The notes under the pieces are model-generated. The model ran no database searches, was not told the DNA's origin, and worked only from the letters and a program-made list of their open reading frames with translations. Below, in pieces: positions 9,115-20,224 of a DNA stretch of 64,000 nucleotides. The stretch is from Hyphomicrobiales bacterium (GTDB taxonomy: Bacteria > Pseudomonadota > Alphaproteobacteria > Rhizobiales > JACESI01): contig JBDVXS010000142.1 in the NCBI GenBank assembly GCA_039964305.1, positions 731 through 64,730 of the forward strand, written 5' to 3'. A program made the translations under genes and the position numbers. Position 1 is the stretch's first letter; every line of letters starts with the position of its first letter.

Positions 9115-9555
9115 ATGAAGAAGAGAGCCGCGTTTTTAAATGCGGCTAAAGGCGTTTTCTTGCCAAGAAAATCTTTCGTCGTGCAGCGTAACGAGCAGGT
9201 CGAGATGTCCAATGCAACGGATGGCTCTTTGCTTGATCCAAGAGTTGGTTTCACGGTGACGAAGAAGGTGGGCAATGCCGTTGTTCGCAACCGAGTGCGT
9301 AGAAGAATGCGCGAAGCGGTGCGGGCGGCATCCTCGGATTTATTCCAAAATGGCCATGACTATGTGCTGGTTGGCCGTAAAGAAGCATTGAGTGTTGAGT
9401 TCAATACCCTTTGCGCTGACATTGAAAGCACGCTAAAGAGACTGGCGCGCGGTGAAGGTAAGCCCGCACGCCCATACAAATCACGCACTGCCCGGTCGCA
9501 TCAAAAGCAAACGACCAGCAATACTGACAGGACGACACGCTCTCATGCAGGATAA
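9115..9555 (+). CDS. rnpA: ribonuclease P protein component
   Basis: Contains the RnpA RNR motif region VGFTVTKKVGNAVVRNRVRRRMREAV. It sits between rpmH and yidC. The ORF is open from TTG 9082 and the first ATG is at 9115. It overlaps the yidC start by 11 nt. Confidence 0.85.
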   Translation: MKKRAAFLNAAKGVFLPRKSFVVQRNEQVEMSNATDGSLLDPRVGFTVTKKVGNAVVRNRVRRRMREAVRAASSDLFQNGHDYVLVGRKEALSVEFNTLCADIESTLKRLARGEGKPARPYKSRTARSHQKQTTSNTDRTTRSHAG

Positions 9556-11413
9556 TAAGAATTTCATTATAGCGATTGTGCTTTCCATGATGGTTTTGCT
9601 GGCTTGGCAAGTACTTATCATTGGCCCGCAGGAAGAAGAACGTCGTCTTCAGGTTGAAGCGCAGCAAGCAGCTGAGCAGCAAGCAATTGCAAATGGCACA
9701 GCGCCGGCACCCACAACGCCATCAGGGCAAGCCACAGGCACGCAACAACCCGCAAGCGGTGTTGTTCCATCAGCGCCCGGTTCAGCGGTTACGCCTGCAA
9801 CGGCCAACGAAGGAGCGGTAACACTAGAAGCCGCTCTTCAAAGTGGCCAGCGTGTTGCAATTGAAACAGAAAGCCTCAGCGGTTCCATCAATCTGGTTGG
9901 TGGTCGCATCGATGACCTTCTGCTTAAAGACTATAAGCAAGAAAATGTTGACGATTCCCCACTTGTACGTTTGTTCCATCCTGTCGGTAGTGAAGAAGCC
10001 TATTATGCGGAAACTGGTTTGGTTGCCGCAGCTGGTGGACCAGCTTTGCCAAACAGTGAAACCGTTTGGAGTGTTTCAGGCAATAAACAACTTGGCGTTG
10101 GTAAGCCTGTTGTCCTCACATGGGACAATGGCGCGGGTCTGACATTTGAACGCACATATGACCTCGACGCGAACTATATGTTTACGTTGACGGACAAAGT
10201 GAAAAACAGCGGCAGCGAACTCGCTACCCTTTATCCTTATGGCTTCGTATCGCGCCGTGGCGAGCCAAGCACCACAGGTATTTGGATTTTGCACGAAGGC
10301 TTGATTGGCTTTTTCGGCAAAGATATTGGTCTTGAAGAGGTTGATTATGACGACCTTGAAGACACCAATGTGCAAGAAGTTGAAAAGACAGACGCTGGCT
10401 GGCTCGGTATCACCGACAAATATTGGGCAGCGACCCTCATTCCACCGCAAGCAACGCCATTTAAAGGCCGCTTTGCTCACAAGCCTGGCACACAGCCATC
10501 CTATCAAGCAGACTTCCTGTCTGACCCAATTACGGTTGCAGCAGGCGGTGAAGCGAGTGCGACAACGCGTTTGTTTGCTGGTGCAAAACAAACAACGCTC
10601 ATTGATCAGTACGAAAAAGATTTGAAAATTGAAAACTTCGAATTGATGATTGACTGGGGTTGGTTCTACTTCATCACCAAGCCGTTGTTCTACCTTCTAC
10701 ACTGGTTGTTTGGTGTGTTTGGAAACTTCGGTGTTGCGATTTTGGGTGTGACCGTGATCGTGAAAATCATCTTCTTCTGGTTTGCTAACCGTTCTTACGT
10801 CTCAATGAGTAAGATGAAGTTGTTGCAGCCGAAGATGAAAGAAATTCAAGAGCGCAACAAAGATGACAAGCAGCGACAGCAGCAAGAAGTGATGAAGCTC
10901 TATAAGGAAGAGAAGGTAAATCCGCTTGCGGGTTGTTGGCCGGTTCTCATCCAAATTCCGGTCTTCTTCTCGCTCTACAAGGTGCTGTTCGTCACCATTG
11001 AAATGCGTCACGCGCCGTTCTTTGGCTGGATACAAGATTTGGCGGCACCTGACCCGACAACCATTTTCAATCTGTTCGGGCTGTTACCATTCACCTTGCC
11101 AGAATGGATGCCACTATTGGGCATTTGGCCGATCCTCATGGGCATCACGATGTTTGTCCAAATGAAATTGAACCCTGCGCCACCTGACCCAACACAGCAG
11201 ATGATTTTCAACTGGATGCCAGTGATCTTCACAGTGATGCTTGCAACGTTCCCTGCGGGTCTTGTGATCTACTGGGCATGGAACAACCTTTTGTCGGTCA
11301 TCCAGCAATATGTCATCATGACTCGCCAAGGCGTCAAAGTGGATATTCTTGGCAATGTGATGGATACGTTTAGAAAGAACAAAAAGTCTAAACAGATCGA
11401 GAAAACGGATTAG
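9545..11413 (+). CDS. yidC: membrane protein insertase YidC
   Basis: The N-terminus [22 protein letters not shown] is typical of YidC. A large periplasmic P1 domain is followed by the conserved C-terminal 5-TM core (...[23 protein letters not shown]...). The track ORF start at 9452 is an upstream extension overlapping rnpA. Confidence 0.95.
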   Translation: MQDNKNFIIAIVLSMMVLLAWQVLIIGPQEEERRLQVEAQQAAEQQAIANGTAPAPTTPSGQATGTQQPASGVVPSAPGSAVTPATANEGAVTLEAALQSGQRVAIETESLSGSINLVGGRIDDLLLKDYKQENVDDSPLVRLFHPVGSEEAYYAETGLVAAAGGPALPNSETVWSVSGNKQLGVGKPVVLTWDNGAGLTFERTYDLDANYMFTLTDKVKNSGSELATLYPYGFVSRRGEPSTTGIWILHEGLIGFFGKDIGLEEVDYDDLEDTNVQEVEKTDAGWLGITDKYWAATLIPPQATPFKGRFAHKPGTQPSYQADFLSDPITVAAGGEASATTRLFAGAKQTTLIDQYEKDLKIENFELMIDWGWFYFITKPLFYLLHWLFGVFGNFGVAILGVTVIVKIIFFWFANRSYVSMSKMKLLQPKMKEIQERNKDDKQRQQQEVMKLYKEEKVNPLAGCWPVLIQIPVFFSLYKVLFVTIEMRHAPFFGWIQDLAAPDPTTIFNLFGLLPFTLPEWMPLLGIWPILMGITMFVQMKLNPAPPDPTQQMIFNWMPVIFTVMLATFPAGLVIYWAWNNLLSVIQQYVIMTRQGVKVDILGNVMDTFRKNKKSKQIEKTD

Positions 11414-11415
11414 TC

Positions 11416-12072
11416 ATGAGCAATGACGAAGAAATTCAAAAGGCGGCGCTGGAAAAGGGCCGCCTTTTCTTTGCAAGACAATGGACCTTTTTGTTAAGTG
11501 TCGCAGATCTGCATGGCTTGCCAGAATTTGATGGTCTGGAGATTGCTTTTGCGGGACGCTCTAACGTGGGCAAATCATCGCTGATAAATGCCCTCACAGG
11601 CACCAAAGGATTGGCGCGCACATCAAACACACCAGGTCGCACACAATTCTTGAACTACTTCTTGCCTGATTCCGTTGAAAAGGCAGAACTCGCCATCGTC
11701 GATATGCCAGGTTACGGCTATGCCAAGGCGCCTAAGCCGCTGGTTGAACAGTGGACTGATTTGATTATGCGCTACTTGCGCGGGCGGACAAATTTGCGTC
11801 GCGTCTATGTGCTGATCGATAGCCGCCACGGTATGAAGAAGAATGACATTGAAGTGCTCGATATGCTGGACCGCACAGCCGTGTCTTATCAGGTTGTTTT
11901 GACCAAAGTAGATAAGATTAAAGTGCCAGCTGTAAAGCGTGTAACGGAAGAAGTTCACGCCGCCCTTAAATCGCGCCCTGCCGCCCACCCTGAGGTGATT
12001 GCTACCTCAAGCGAAAAAGGTGAGGGGGTTGCAGAGCTTCGCGCCGTGATCACCGCGCTGACTGACCGCTAA
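11416..12072 (+). CDS. engB: ribosome biogenesis GTP-binding protein EngB/YihA
   Basis: The G1 motif is [16 protein letters not shown]3 is DMPGYG and G4 is TKVDK. It lies immediately downstream of yidC. Confidence 0.9.
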   Translation: MSNDEEIQKAALEKGRLFFARQWTFLLSVADLHGLPEFDGLEIAFAGRSNVGKSSLINALTGTKGLARTSNTPGRTQFLNYFLPDSVEKAELAIVDMPGYGYAKAPKPLVEQWTDLIMRYLRGRTNLRRVYVLIDSRHGMKKNDIEVLDMLDRTAVSYQVVLTKVDKIKVPAVKRVTEEVHAALKSRPAAHPEVIATSSEKGEGVAELRAVITALTDR

Positions 12073-14080
12073 CTTTCCCTAATTTCTGTTTTTGCCAAGG
12101 CGGCGCTTGCCGCTTCACCGTTCCATGGGGTGTTTTCTCCCAAAAGTGCGGGGCAGAATAAAGTTGGAATAATGCACGCCATGCCGCAATTGATAAGAGC
12201 GGCCAGTAAAGCGGTAGCGTCAGGCTGTAGATGAAGAGTTTTTGTTTGCCCCGATAAGCTAATGCCCGATAGGCAAGAAACATATGCACTAAATAAGCAA
12301 AGATGAGGTTTGCCGTTAAAAGAAAGAAAACGTAATGCGGACCTCCCAAAATGCCTAAGGCTAATTGCCCGCCTAAGTAGGCAAGAAAAAAGAGATGTCC
12401 AAGGGCTGAGATGAGCAGCAGGGATGAATAAAGTTGTAGGCTGAGGAAGCGAGCAAACCCAAGTTCATTTAACGTCCGCTTCGGGTTTCTCAAATGCACT
12501 ATGCTTGTCTGCATCCAGCCTTTGAACCAGCGCGTTCGTTGCTTGAGCCACACCCCATAATTTTCTGGCGCTTCCTCAAAAGTTGGGACATCGATCATTT
12601 CAACATTATGGCCAAACCGTTTGAGCCTGATGCCAAGGTCTGCATCTTCGGTGACATTATGGGGATCCCACCCACCAACGGCTCTTAATACATTACAGCG
12701 AAAATGATTGGATGTGCCGCCTAACATGACGGGCGCTCGCCAGCTTGAAAGGGCGGGTAGAAGCCCATCAAACAGGCTTGCATATTCAATCTCGAACATA
12801 GTGGAAAGCCAGCGGCGGTTCGCATTGTCGATTACTAAAGGGGCTTGAATGCAGGCGGTGGAAATATCAGCATGGAGAAACCGATGATAGGCTGCGCGTA
12901 ATTGTTGTGGGTCTGGGCGGTCCTCGGCATCATAAATCACCACAAACTCTCCACGCGCAATGGCAAGAGCGTAGTTCAGCGCGCGTGGTTTGGTTTTTGT
13001 CGTACCCGCTGGCACCACCACAATGCTAAATATGCAATTGCCAGCCGTTGCCTGTTCAAGTGCGTGTTTGGTCGCCAGATCATCTTCTTCAATAACAAGT
13101 TTAATATCGAGCTTAGTGCGGGGCCAATCAATATCATTCAAGGCTGCAACCAGATCAGGAACGATATTGGCTTCTTTATAAAGGGCAACCAAGACGGAAT
13201 AGACAGGCAATTGCTGGTCTGGAGTACGGGTTGGAATGGGAATTTGTGCTTTATTATGTCTCAGGTCTAGTGCTGCGAGCAGACGGATGCAAATGGCAAC
13301 AAAAAACAGAAGGCTCAAGATTAATCCTGCTGAAACGACGACAATGTGTTGACCCGAAAACACCAAAGCCAATAGGCCGATTAAGGCAGCGGTACAAACC
13401 CATAACATGATGCTCTTGTTGACTTTGAACGCAGAAAATTGCGGCATGAATTTTCGCATGGTGGAAGAAGCATGCTGTTCTAGTGGTGTCTTTAGATGAT
13501 CGAGCAATGCATCTTTAATGGTGCTCGGGCTTGCAATGAAAAAGCGTTCTTTCAACTCAGGAGCATGTGTCAGGCGGGAAAGCAGATCACGCGCTTCATG
13601 TTGCTGAGGAGCAAGCACCAACTTTGTGGTTCCCGTGGTTGGGCGAAGGAGAAGACGAGGGTTCTCACGCAGTTTAGAAATGATGTGGCGATCGCTAAGG
13701 TCAATCTCAACCAGTGCTGGATTGATGCTTCGCAGAAATGGCAACCCTAAATGATGAGCGAGAAGACGGTAATAAACCTCCGCGTTAAGATGGCCACTTG
13801 CAATTAATTCGTGATGGGCTTCAACGGCATGCTGTTTAGCTGTTTGTTGAATGGCCCAAAGCATATTGAAATCGAAACCGTGACCAACCAAAAATGCAAT
13901 ATCGTCCTCTAGTTCGCGAACATAAGGTCGAGGTGAAAATTGATCTGCGTTAAGGGTGTATGGGATTTGCTCGCCAATCGGGGTGACTATAGCTGAGCTT
14001 TCAGCTAAGAACGATCCAGCAGAAGTAACTTGATCCGTCCGCCCTTCTATGGTCGGTTCTGGCGGGAAATGAGTACCCAA
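12050..14080 (-). CDS. membrane-embedded family-2 glycosyltransferase (processive beta-glycan synthase type) with an N-terminal T2SSE_N-like domain
   Basis: The GT2 core has the motifs [24 protein letters not shown] and the processivity motif QRTRWFKGW. It is flanked by 2 N-terminal and at least 4 C-terminal TM helices. The first 200 aa or so contain ...[25 protein letters not shown]..., resembling the GspE/MshE N-terminal domain. The only start at the ORF head is TTG 14080, so the true start is uncertain. Confidence 0.8.
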   Translation of the reverse strand: MGTHFPPEPTIEGRTDQVTSAGSFLAESSAIVTPIGEQIPYTLNADQFSPRPYVRELEDDIAFLVGHGFDFNMLWAIQQTAKQHAVEAHHELIASGHLNAEVYYRLLAHHLGLPFLRSINPALVEIDLSDRHIISKLRENPRLLLRPTTGTTKLVLAPQQHEARDLLSRLTHAPELKERFFIASPSTIKDALLDHLKTPLEQHASSTMRKFMPQFSAFKVNKSIMLWVCTAALIGLLALVFSGQHIVVVSAGLILSLLFFVAICIRLLAALDLRHNKAQIPIPTRTPDQQLPVYSVLVALYKEANIVPDLVAALNDIDWPRTKLDIKLVIEEDDLATKHALEQATAGNCIFSIVVVPAGTTKTKPRALNYALAIARGEFVVIYDAEDRPDPQQLRAAYHRFLHADISTACIQAPLVIDNANRRWLSTMFEIEYASLFDGLLPALSSWRAPVMLGGTSNHFRCNVLRAVGGWDPHNVTEDADLGIRLKRFGHNVEMIDVPTFEEAPENYGVWLKQRTRWFKGWMQTSIVHLRNPKRTLNELGFARFLSLQLYSSLLLISALGHLFFLAYLGGQLALGILGGPHYVFFLLTANLIFAYLVHMFLAYRALAYRGKQKLFIYSLTLPLYWPLLSIAAWRALFQLYSAPHFWEKTPHGTVKRQAPPWQKQKLGKVSGQSAR

Positions 14081-14101
14081 AGCAACTGAGCCCTTAATGA
14101 T

Positions 14102-14998
14102 ATGACCAAAATATCGTACGACACAATTTGGAAATATAGTAGATTATTTATTTGTAAATCATCTCTTATTTATAAATTGATTTTCTTGTCTCTTGCATTT
14201 TCTACTGGATCTATTGCAAATGCACAAGAAGCTCGTGTTGAAGTTCCAAAATTTATAAATCCAAACACAGCTGCTTCTTCGGTAAAAGTGACAACCGTTC
14301 GTTCGATCCGCTTTTTAACAACGAGCGACTTTCCGCCCTTTAATTTCATTGATCCATCAGGGAATCTTGACGGTTTCAACATTGGTTTAGCGCGGGAAAT
14401 TTGTTTGGAAATAAAAGCCCGTTGTACCATGCAGGCTTTGCCGTGGGACGATTTGCAAAAGGCATTAAAGCGGGGGCAGGGTGATGCCATTGTTGCAGGG
14501 CTTGCTCTAACTGATCGCACAATCCGCGAGTTGGCCTTCACCAAAACTTACCTGCGGTTTCCAGCACGGTTCTTTTCCAACGCAGCATTTGCGGCAACCT
14601 TTGGTGACTTTAGAACACCAAAGGGCTTGAAGATTGGTGTGGTCAAAAACACGGCCCATGAAGCGTTCTTGAAGCGCTTCTTTCCAGACAATGAACTTTT
14701 GCCTTTTGATAATCAGGACGAACTCAGAATAGGCGTTTTAAAAGGGCTCGCGCAGATCGGCTTTGCTGATGGTGTGCAAACGTCGTTCTGGCTCCAAAGT
14801 GCATCCGCAAAAGAATGCTGCACCTTTGTTGGCGGGCCTTATATCAATACGGACTTTTTCGGTAACGGCCTCTCAATGGCAGTCCCAATTGGTCGGCAAG
14901 ATTTGAAAGATACGTTGAACGACGCTCTTATTCGTTTGATGCGTAAAGGCAAATACTCAGAGATTTATCTGAAATATTTCCCGATCAATTTTTTCTAA
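14102..14998 (+). CDS. periplasmic solute-binding protein, family 3 (amino-acid-type SBP), no adjacent permease or ATPase
   Basis: A signal peptide ends in ...SIANAQE. SBP_bac_3-like segments include FLTTSDFPPFNF, GFNIGLAREIC and DAIVAGLALTDRT. Confidence 0.7.
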   Translation: MTKISYDTIWKYSRLFICKSSLIYKLIFLSLAFSTGSIANAQEARVEVPKFINPNTAASSVKVTTVRSIRFLTTSDFPPFNFIDPSGNLDGFNIGLAREICLEIKARCTMQALPWDDLQKALKRGQGDAIVAGLALTDRTIRELAFTKTYLRFPARFFSNAAFAATFGDFRTPKGLKIGVVKNTAHEAFLKRFFPDNELLPFDNQDELRIGVLKGLAQIGFADGVQTSFWLQSASAKECCTFVGGPYINTDFFGNGLSMAVPIGRQDLKDTLNDALIRLMRKGKYSEIYLKYFPINFF

Positions 14999-15809
14999 TT
15001 TTTAAAAACGGTAGGACCAAGTTCCAAAGCAGATTGACGGGCTTTCTGTCTTGGTGCTCGTTCAGGCCTATGGTCATGCCTTCATGCCCATCTTTTGGGT
15101 CGACTGTATAGGTTTTAAACAGCCGATCCCAAAACGCGAAGTTAAACCCATAGTTGCTATCTGTTTCAGTGGGATGAACTGAGTGATGGATGCGGTGCAT
15201 ATCGGGGGTGACAAAAAAGGGTCGCACGATCTGGTCAAGCGCTAAGGGCAGTTTGATATTGGAATGGTTGAACATGGCCATACCGTTCAAAACAACTTCA
15301 AACAATAAGACCACGACGACTGGTGCGCCGAGAGCGACAACAATGGCGGCCTTCCAAACCATGGATAAAATAATTTCTAACGGGTGAAAGCGTAAAGCCG
15401 AGGTCACATCTAAATCCACATCCGCATGGTGCATTTTGTGAATGCGCCACAAGATTGGCAGTTTATGGCTTGCCCAATGTTCAAGCCAAATAACAAAATC
15501 TAAGACTAGGAATGAAACGGCGAATGCGACGATGAAAGGCACATCAAAGATGTTGAATAGGCCCCAGCCATTTGTTTCCGCCTTAAGCGCAGTGCCGACG
15601 GCTGCCGCTGGAAAAATCAGACGCAAAACAACGCTATTGACGATTGTCAGCGCACCATGAGAAAGCCAGCGCCCTGCTTTGACCTGCTTGCCATCAATCT
15701 TACTTCTGGCTCGACGCGGCAACCAAATTTCTAATAGGGCCATAAGCCCAAAAATGCCGAGAAAGGCAGTTAGGCGAATAGTCGGTTCGTTGTTGACGAT
15801 AAAATCCAA
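14985..15809 (-). CDS. fatty acid hydroxylase / sterol desaturase family membrane protein
   Basis: Contains the di-iron histidine boxes HWASH, HKMHHAD and HRIHHS in a protein with 4 or more TM helices. Confidence 0.8.
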   Translation of the reverse strand: MDFIVNNEPTIRLTAFLGIFGLMALLEIWLPRRARSKIDGKQVKAGRWLSHGALTIVNSVVLRLIFPAAAVGTALKAETNGWGLFNIFDVPFIVAFAVSFLVLDFVIWLEHWASHKLPILWRIHKMHHADVDLDVTSALRFHPLEIILSMVWKAAIVVALGAPVVVVLLFEVVLNGMAMFNHSNIKLPLALDQIVRPFFVTPDMHRIHHSVHPTETDSNYGFNFAFWDRLFKTYTVDPKDGHEGMTIGLNEHQDRKPVNLLWNLVLPFLKIRKN

Positions 15810-15835
15810 CTAAAACCTCTGTTTGCTAGTGGCGA

Positions 15836-16249
15836 TTAAGCCATGCGGTGGCGAACACGGGCACCATATTCAATGGCAGCAACTGATAGTTTATCAAGGT
15901 CCAAACGATCACGAAGCATTTGCAAGAAGCGAAGTTCTTCTTGTTCAATGTGCAAATCAGCCGCAGCAACTTCAACAGCCAATGCATAAGCGGTGTCGTA
16001 AAGGTGTAGCGGCAAGCTCTCAGCAACCACTGTCAACACATCTGCAAGGCCGTCATCTTCGCGCAGTTTGTCACCGCAAACGGTTGCCACATCAACAAGG
16101 TCGTCAGGATTGAAGTCACGGAAGACAGGCAAAATTTTCACCATATCGCCAATGCGCAAAAGTTCGGTTTCGTCCATGCTTTGATCGACGGCGGACATTG
16201 TCACCATGACATAAATCAGGGCCTCAAAATGGGAAACTTGGCTGCTCAT
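15836..16249 (-). CDS. TerB-like (tellurite resistance TerB family) protein
   Basis: An acidic all-helical protein of about 137 aa with two TerB-type repeats (AVDQSMDETELLRIGDMV... and AADLHIEQEELRFLQMLRDRLDL). The ATG at 16249 is preceded by GGAGAG. The track ORF begins at an upstream TTG (16276). Confidence 0.6.
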   Translation of the reverse strand: MSSQVSHFEALIYVMVTMSAVDQSMDETELLRIGDMVKILPVFRDFNPDDLVDVATVCGDKLREDDGLADVLTVVAESLPLHLYDTAYALAVEVAAADLHIEQEELRFLQMLRDRLDLDKLSVAAIEYGARVRHRMA

Positions 16250-16492
16250 GGAACTCTCCGTTTGTCTGCTATGCAAAGCAATTTAATCATCTGATGTGTA
16301 AGCTCAAATGCCGTTTACATCAAGAAACTATTATTCGCCTGTGATACTTACACCCTTTAAGGCGCAAAAAAGTACAATTTTTGCAAGCCTTGGCCGTTGA
16401 ACGGCTTGACCCAATAGGGGTGTAAGCCTAGTTTCCCGCCAACGTCGAGCCGTTTTTCTCTCGTTTTATCAAGCTTCTCAAAAGGAATTATT

Positions 16493-18118
16493 ATGCCGAA
16501 TGCCAGCACAGGCGCTCAAGCCCCTTTGACCATTACGCCCGCTCTTGTTGAGGCGGCTCGTAAATCAAAAGCATGGCCGTTTGAAGAGGCCCGCAAACTG
16601 GTGAAACGGATTGAGCAAACAGGCAAAAAGGAAGCCTTGTTTGAAACAGGCTATGGCCCGTCTGGTCTGCCCCATATTGGCACCTTCGGTGAAGTCGCCA
16701 GAACCACAATGGTTCGCACGGCGTTTCGTGTTTTGACAGAAGATAAAATTCCAACACGGATGATTTGCTTTTCAGATGATATGGATGGCATGCGCAAAGT
16801 GCCGGGCAATGTTCCCAATAAAGACATGCTCGCTGAGCATTTGAACAAGCCGCTTACTCGCGTGCCCAATCCGTTTGATAGTGAACATCCAAGCTTTGCC
16901 CACCACAACAACGCGAAGCTTTGTGAGTTCCTTGATAGCTTCGGCTTTGACTATGAGTTTGCCAGCGCCACGGAATATTACACATCGGGCAAATTCGACG
17001 ATATGTTGGTAAAAGCCTGCGAAAAATACCAAGACATTATGGACGTGATGTTGCCAACTCTTGGCGAGGAACGTCAGGCGACTTATTCGCCAATTTTGCC
17101 AATCTCACCAACCACTGGCAACGTTTTATATGTGCCGATGAAAGAGGTAACGGCTGATGGCATGGTGACCTTTGAAGATGAAGATGGCAGCGATGTCACC
17201 CTCTCGGTCAAAGGCGGTAATGTGAAGTTGCAGTGGAAACCAGATTTCGGCATGCGCTGGGCAGCCCTTGATGTTGATTTTGAGATGTTTGGCAAAGACC
17301 ACCAGATTAACTCCAATGTTTATGACAAGATTTGCCGTATCTTGGGTGTTCGTCCGCCAGACCATTATGTCTATGAATTGTTCTTGGACGATAAAGGCGA
17401 GAAGATTTCAAAAACCAAAGGTAATGGCATCTCCATTGATGAATGGTTGTCTTATGCTTCTCCTGAAAGTCTTTCGCTCTTCATGTTCCAAAAGCCGCGT
17501 ACAGCAAAACGGCTTTATTTTGATGTGATCCCGAAAGCGGTGGATGAGTATTTCACCTTTGCATCAAAGATTGCAGAAGCTGATGAAGTCGCGCTTTTGC
17601 AAAATCCTGCATGGCACATTCATGGTGGCGTTGCCCCTGTTGCTGACATGCCAATTAGCTTTTCCATGTTGTTGAACTTGGTGTCAGCCTCCAACGCAGA
17701 AGACCGCGAAACTCTTTGGGGCTTCATCTCAAGCTATGCAGAAGGTCTCACCCCTGAAACACATCCAAAACTTAATGAGCTTGTTGGATACGCTATCCGC
17801 TATTTTGCGGATTTCGTAAAACCTACCAAAAGCTTCCGTGCGCCGACTGACCAAGAACGTGCCGCAATGGAAGATTTGGCTGCTCGCCTTGGTAAGCTAC
17901 CGGCCGATTCAGCTGCTGATGTGTTGCAAACAGAAGTGTTTTCGGTTGGTAAAGAGCACGGTTTTGAAAACCTGCGCGAATGGTTTCAAGCGCTTTATCA
18001 AGTGCTGCTTGGTCAAGACCAAGGCCCGCGCTTTGGCTCCTTCATCCAGCTTTACGGTATCGAGGCGACAATAAAGCTGATTACAAAAGGTTTAGCTGGC
18101 GACCTGTCAAACAGCTAA
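16493..18118 (+). CDS. lysK: lysine--tRNA ligase, class I
   Basis: The class I signature motifs are [12 protein letters not shown] (HIGH-like) and KISKTKGNG (KMSKS-like). The length of 541 aa is typical of the alphaproteobacterial class I LysRS. Confidence 0.9.
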   Translation: MPNASTGAQAPLTITPALVEAARKSKAWPFEEARKLVKRIEQTGKKEALFETGYGPSGLPHIGTFGEVARTTMVRTAFRVLTEDKIPTRMICFSDDMDGMRKVPGNVPNKDMLAEHLNKPLTRVPNPFDSEHPSFAHHNNAKLCEFLDSFGFDYEFASATEYYTSGKFDDMLVKACEKYQDIMDVMLPTLGEERQATYSPILPISPTTGNVLYVPMKEVTADGMVTFEDEDGSDVTLSVKGGNVKLQWKPDFGMRWAALDVDFEMFGKDHQINSNVYDKICRILGVRPPDHYVYELFLDDKGEKISKTKGNGISIDEWLSYASPESLSLFMFQKPRTAKRLYFDVIPKAVDEYFTFASKIAEADEVALLQNPAWHIHGGVAPVADMPISFSMLLNLVSASNAEDRETLWGFISSYAEGLTPETHPKLNELVGYAIRYFADFVKPTKSFRAPTDQERAAMEDLAARLGKLPADSAADVLQTEVFSVGKEHGFENLREWFQALYQVLLGQDQGPRFGSFIQLYGIEATIKLITKGLAGDLSNS

Positions 18119-18141
18119 GCGCTTAAGCGAGGAAAACGATT

Positions 18142-18477
18142 ATGCTGATTGATATGCGCACTTACACCTGTCGGCCCGGTATGCTGCAAAAGCAAATCGC
18201 GCTTTATAAAGAATTCGGAAAAACGCCGCAGACCCGTCATCTTGGTCAGCCGGTTGCTTGGATGATCACGGAGACAGGCAACGTCAATCAATTCGTGCAC
18301 CTTTGGGCCTATGAAAACGCTGCTGACCGCGAAGAAAAGCGGGCCGCGATGGAATCAGATCCTGACTGGCAAGATTATAAGCGTCGTAGTTCAGAGCTCG
18401 GCGCCATGCTTAATCAGGAAAATCGTCTCATGAAGCCATGTGATTTCTTTGCTTTGCCCATGAAAACCGTTGAATAA
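18142..18477 (+). CDS. NIPSNAP family protein
   Basis: 111 aa. The segments MRTYTCRPGMLQKQIALYKE...VHLWAYENAADREEKRAAM match the NIPSNAP alpha/beta sandwich pattern. Confidence 0.65.
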   Translation: MLIDMRTYTCRPGMLQKQIALYKEFGKTPQTRHLGQPVAWMITETGNVNQFVHLWAYENAADREEKRAAMESDPDWQDYKRRSSELGAMLNQENRLMKPCDFFALPMKTVE

Positions 18478-18664
18478 ACGGCACGATTGCTTGTATTCGG
18501 CATATTTTTACCCAAATTTAAGTATGTAAATGCGTAACTGTTCATAAGTTTCAGCAAGTGTGCTGCTGACGCGGTACTCCTGTTATTGTGATTTATAAAC
18601 AACGTGCTTGTGTGTTAGTAGAAGCCGCAAAAGGTCGACACCAAGTTGGGTGCGATAATCGATT

Positions 18665-20158
18665 ATGATGGCCAAACTGGATCAACGTCTAAAAATGCAG
18701 AAGATGATGCACCTAAAGCCCGTTTATAAGCTCATGCTTTCGAGCCTGTTATGCTTGTCCGTCGCGATTCCTGCATCTGCACAAGAGATAACCAGATCGC
18801 CTTTGCAACCTTTGACTGTTGACGGAGCGAAGAGGTCACCAGTTGAAACAATTGCGCCAACGACATCCATTCGTGTTCAAAAGCCAACCACGCAAAGCGC
18901 CACTTCAAGTTCTGGCCAAGCCTGTGAAGGCAAGCTCGGCGTTCATCGCACCATAACGGTATCGCCTAAGAATACGTTTTTGGTTGGCGTTGATAACCAC
19001 GCCCGCATCGGTTTGAAGAAAAAAGAAATCGTTCTCACCTTTGATGATGGGCCGCGCGCAGGGATTACGGAACCAATCTTAAGGGCGCTTGCGAAGGAAT
19101 GCGTGCTTGCGACGTTCTTTGCCATGGGGCGCTCTGTTAGAGAGCATCCTCATTTGCTGGCCCGTGCGGCGAAAGAAGGCCATACCATCGGCACGCACAC
19201 CCAAAGCCACCCGCTTTTGACAAAACGCAACAATGACGGTGTTGCTGCAGAAGTGAGACGCGGTATTGCCTCGGCTGAAGCAGCTCTTGAAGGCTCTGGA
19301 CACAAGCTCGCTAATTTTTTCCGCTATCCCTATCTCGCCCGTTCAAAACGTACAGACAAAATCGTCAAAGGTTTTGGGCTTGTTGGTTTTCATATGAATA
19401 TTGATAGCTGGGATTGGAAAGACCAAACGCCAGAGCAAATGCTACAAACCACATTGCGCCGGACGCGCGGTGAGGGCAGCGGCATTGTACTGTTCCATGA
19501 TATTCAGGAAAAGACGGCGGTAGCGCTGCCTAAATATCTGCGGATTTTACGCCAAGAAGGATATAAAATTGTCCATCTGATACCAGGTGATAGTGACTTT
19601 AATTTCCGTCAGGATTTAGCGAGCCGCGTGCCGACACCTTTGGTGCGCCCTGCTTATGCGTCAAATGCGCAATCTGGTGCAATCATTCCAGCAAGTACTG
19701 GGGATGCTGCAATAACCAATGGTTTGACTGATAGCACGGCGGTTGCGTCGGTTGCTCCAAAGGCCACGGATGTTACAGATGGTTCATCGCTAGATGGCAG
19801 CCGCGAGAATGCTGCTGCCCGTCTTCGCGCTTTGGCGTTGAAAAAGAACGAAGCAGAAAAAGAAGAACTTGCAAGGCAAGAGCGTGCGAAAAAGCTAGCC
19901 ACTTTGCCGCAACCACCGTTGCCAAAACGCAAGCCAAGACGACGTAAAGTTGCTGCTATTAAGCCAAAATCGAATATAACGGAGTTACGCGGATCTCAAT
20001 CTACCAATTCAGAACCGCTGAAACCTGTTGTTATTGAAAACCCAGGTGATCAGCAGATTGTATCGGTCACGGAAGGCTTGGAACCCGCGCGGAAGAAGAA
20101 AAAGAAGAAGCGGTTTCGTCGTTTGAGAAGTATTTTCACCGACTCAAGCCAACGCTAA
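18665..20158 (+). CDS. secreted polysaccharide deacetylase (NodB homology domain) with a long low-complexity basic C-terminal tail
   Basis: A signal peptide (...AIPASAQE) is present. The NodB motifs are LTFDDGP, HTIGTHTQSHP, RYPYL and IVLFHD. The last 190 aa or so are Ala/Pro/Lys-rich and end in KKKKKKRFRRLR. Confidence 0.8.
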   Translation: MMAKLDQRLKMQKMMHLKPVYKLMLSSLLCLSVAIPASAQEITRSPLQPLTVDGAKRSPVETIAPTTSIRVQKPTTQSATSSSGQACEGKLGVHRTITVSPKNTFLVGVDNHARIGLKKKEIVLTFDDGPRAGITEPILRALAKECVLATFFAMGRSVREHPHLLARAAKEGHTIGTHTQSHPLLTKRNNDGVAAEVRRGIASAEAALEGSGHKLANFFRYPYLARSKRTDKIVKGFGLVGFHMNIDSWDWKDQTPEQMLQTTLRRTRGEGSGIVLFHDIQEKTAVALPKYLRILRQEGYKIVHLIPGDSDFNFRQDLASRVPTPLVRPAYASNAQSGAIIPASTGDAAITNGLTDSTAVASVAPKATDVTDGSSLDGSRENAAARLRALALKKNEAEKEELARQERAKKLATLPQPPLPKRKPRRRKVAAIKPKSNITELRGSQSTNSEPLKPVVIENPGDQQIVSVTEGLEPARKKKKKKRFRRLRSIFTDSSQR

Positions 20159-20224
20159 CATCACTTTAGCGGCTCTAGGCACAAGTAAGCTTACATTTTT
20201 TGAGGGTTCAAAGCAGTCGCGAGC

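Noticed and set aside
9452-9544. N-terminal extensions of track ORFs (yidC from 9452, lptC from 35582, rpoN from 38055, hpf from 39734, ptsN from 40434, hsp20 from 41787)
   Set aside because: The extensions overlap upstream genes or lack an SD. Conserved N-termini begin at internal ATGs (MQDNKNF..., MALAPRLEF..., MNLRVSGK..., MDLSELL...), so the shorter starts were used.
10076-10591. Long antisense or alternative-frame ORFs in the track, for example 10076-10591(-), 29082-29501(-), 42847-43284(-), 47516-47923(-), 51987-52472(-), 60780-61211(-) and 7074-7598(+)
   Set aside because: Each lies entirely inside a gene with strong motif support on the other strand or frame. They have odd composition (Cys/Arg/His-rich) and no recognisable domains, so they are shadow ORFs.
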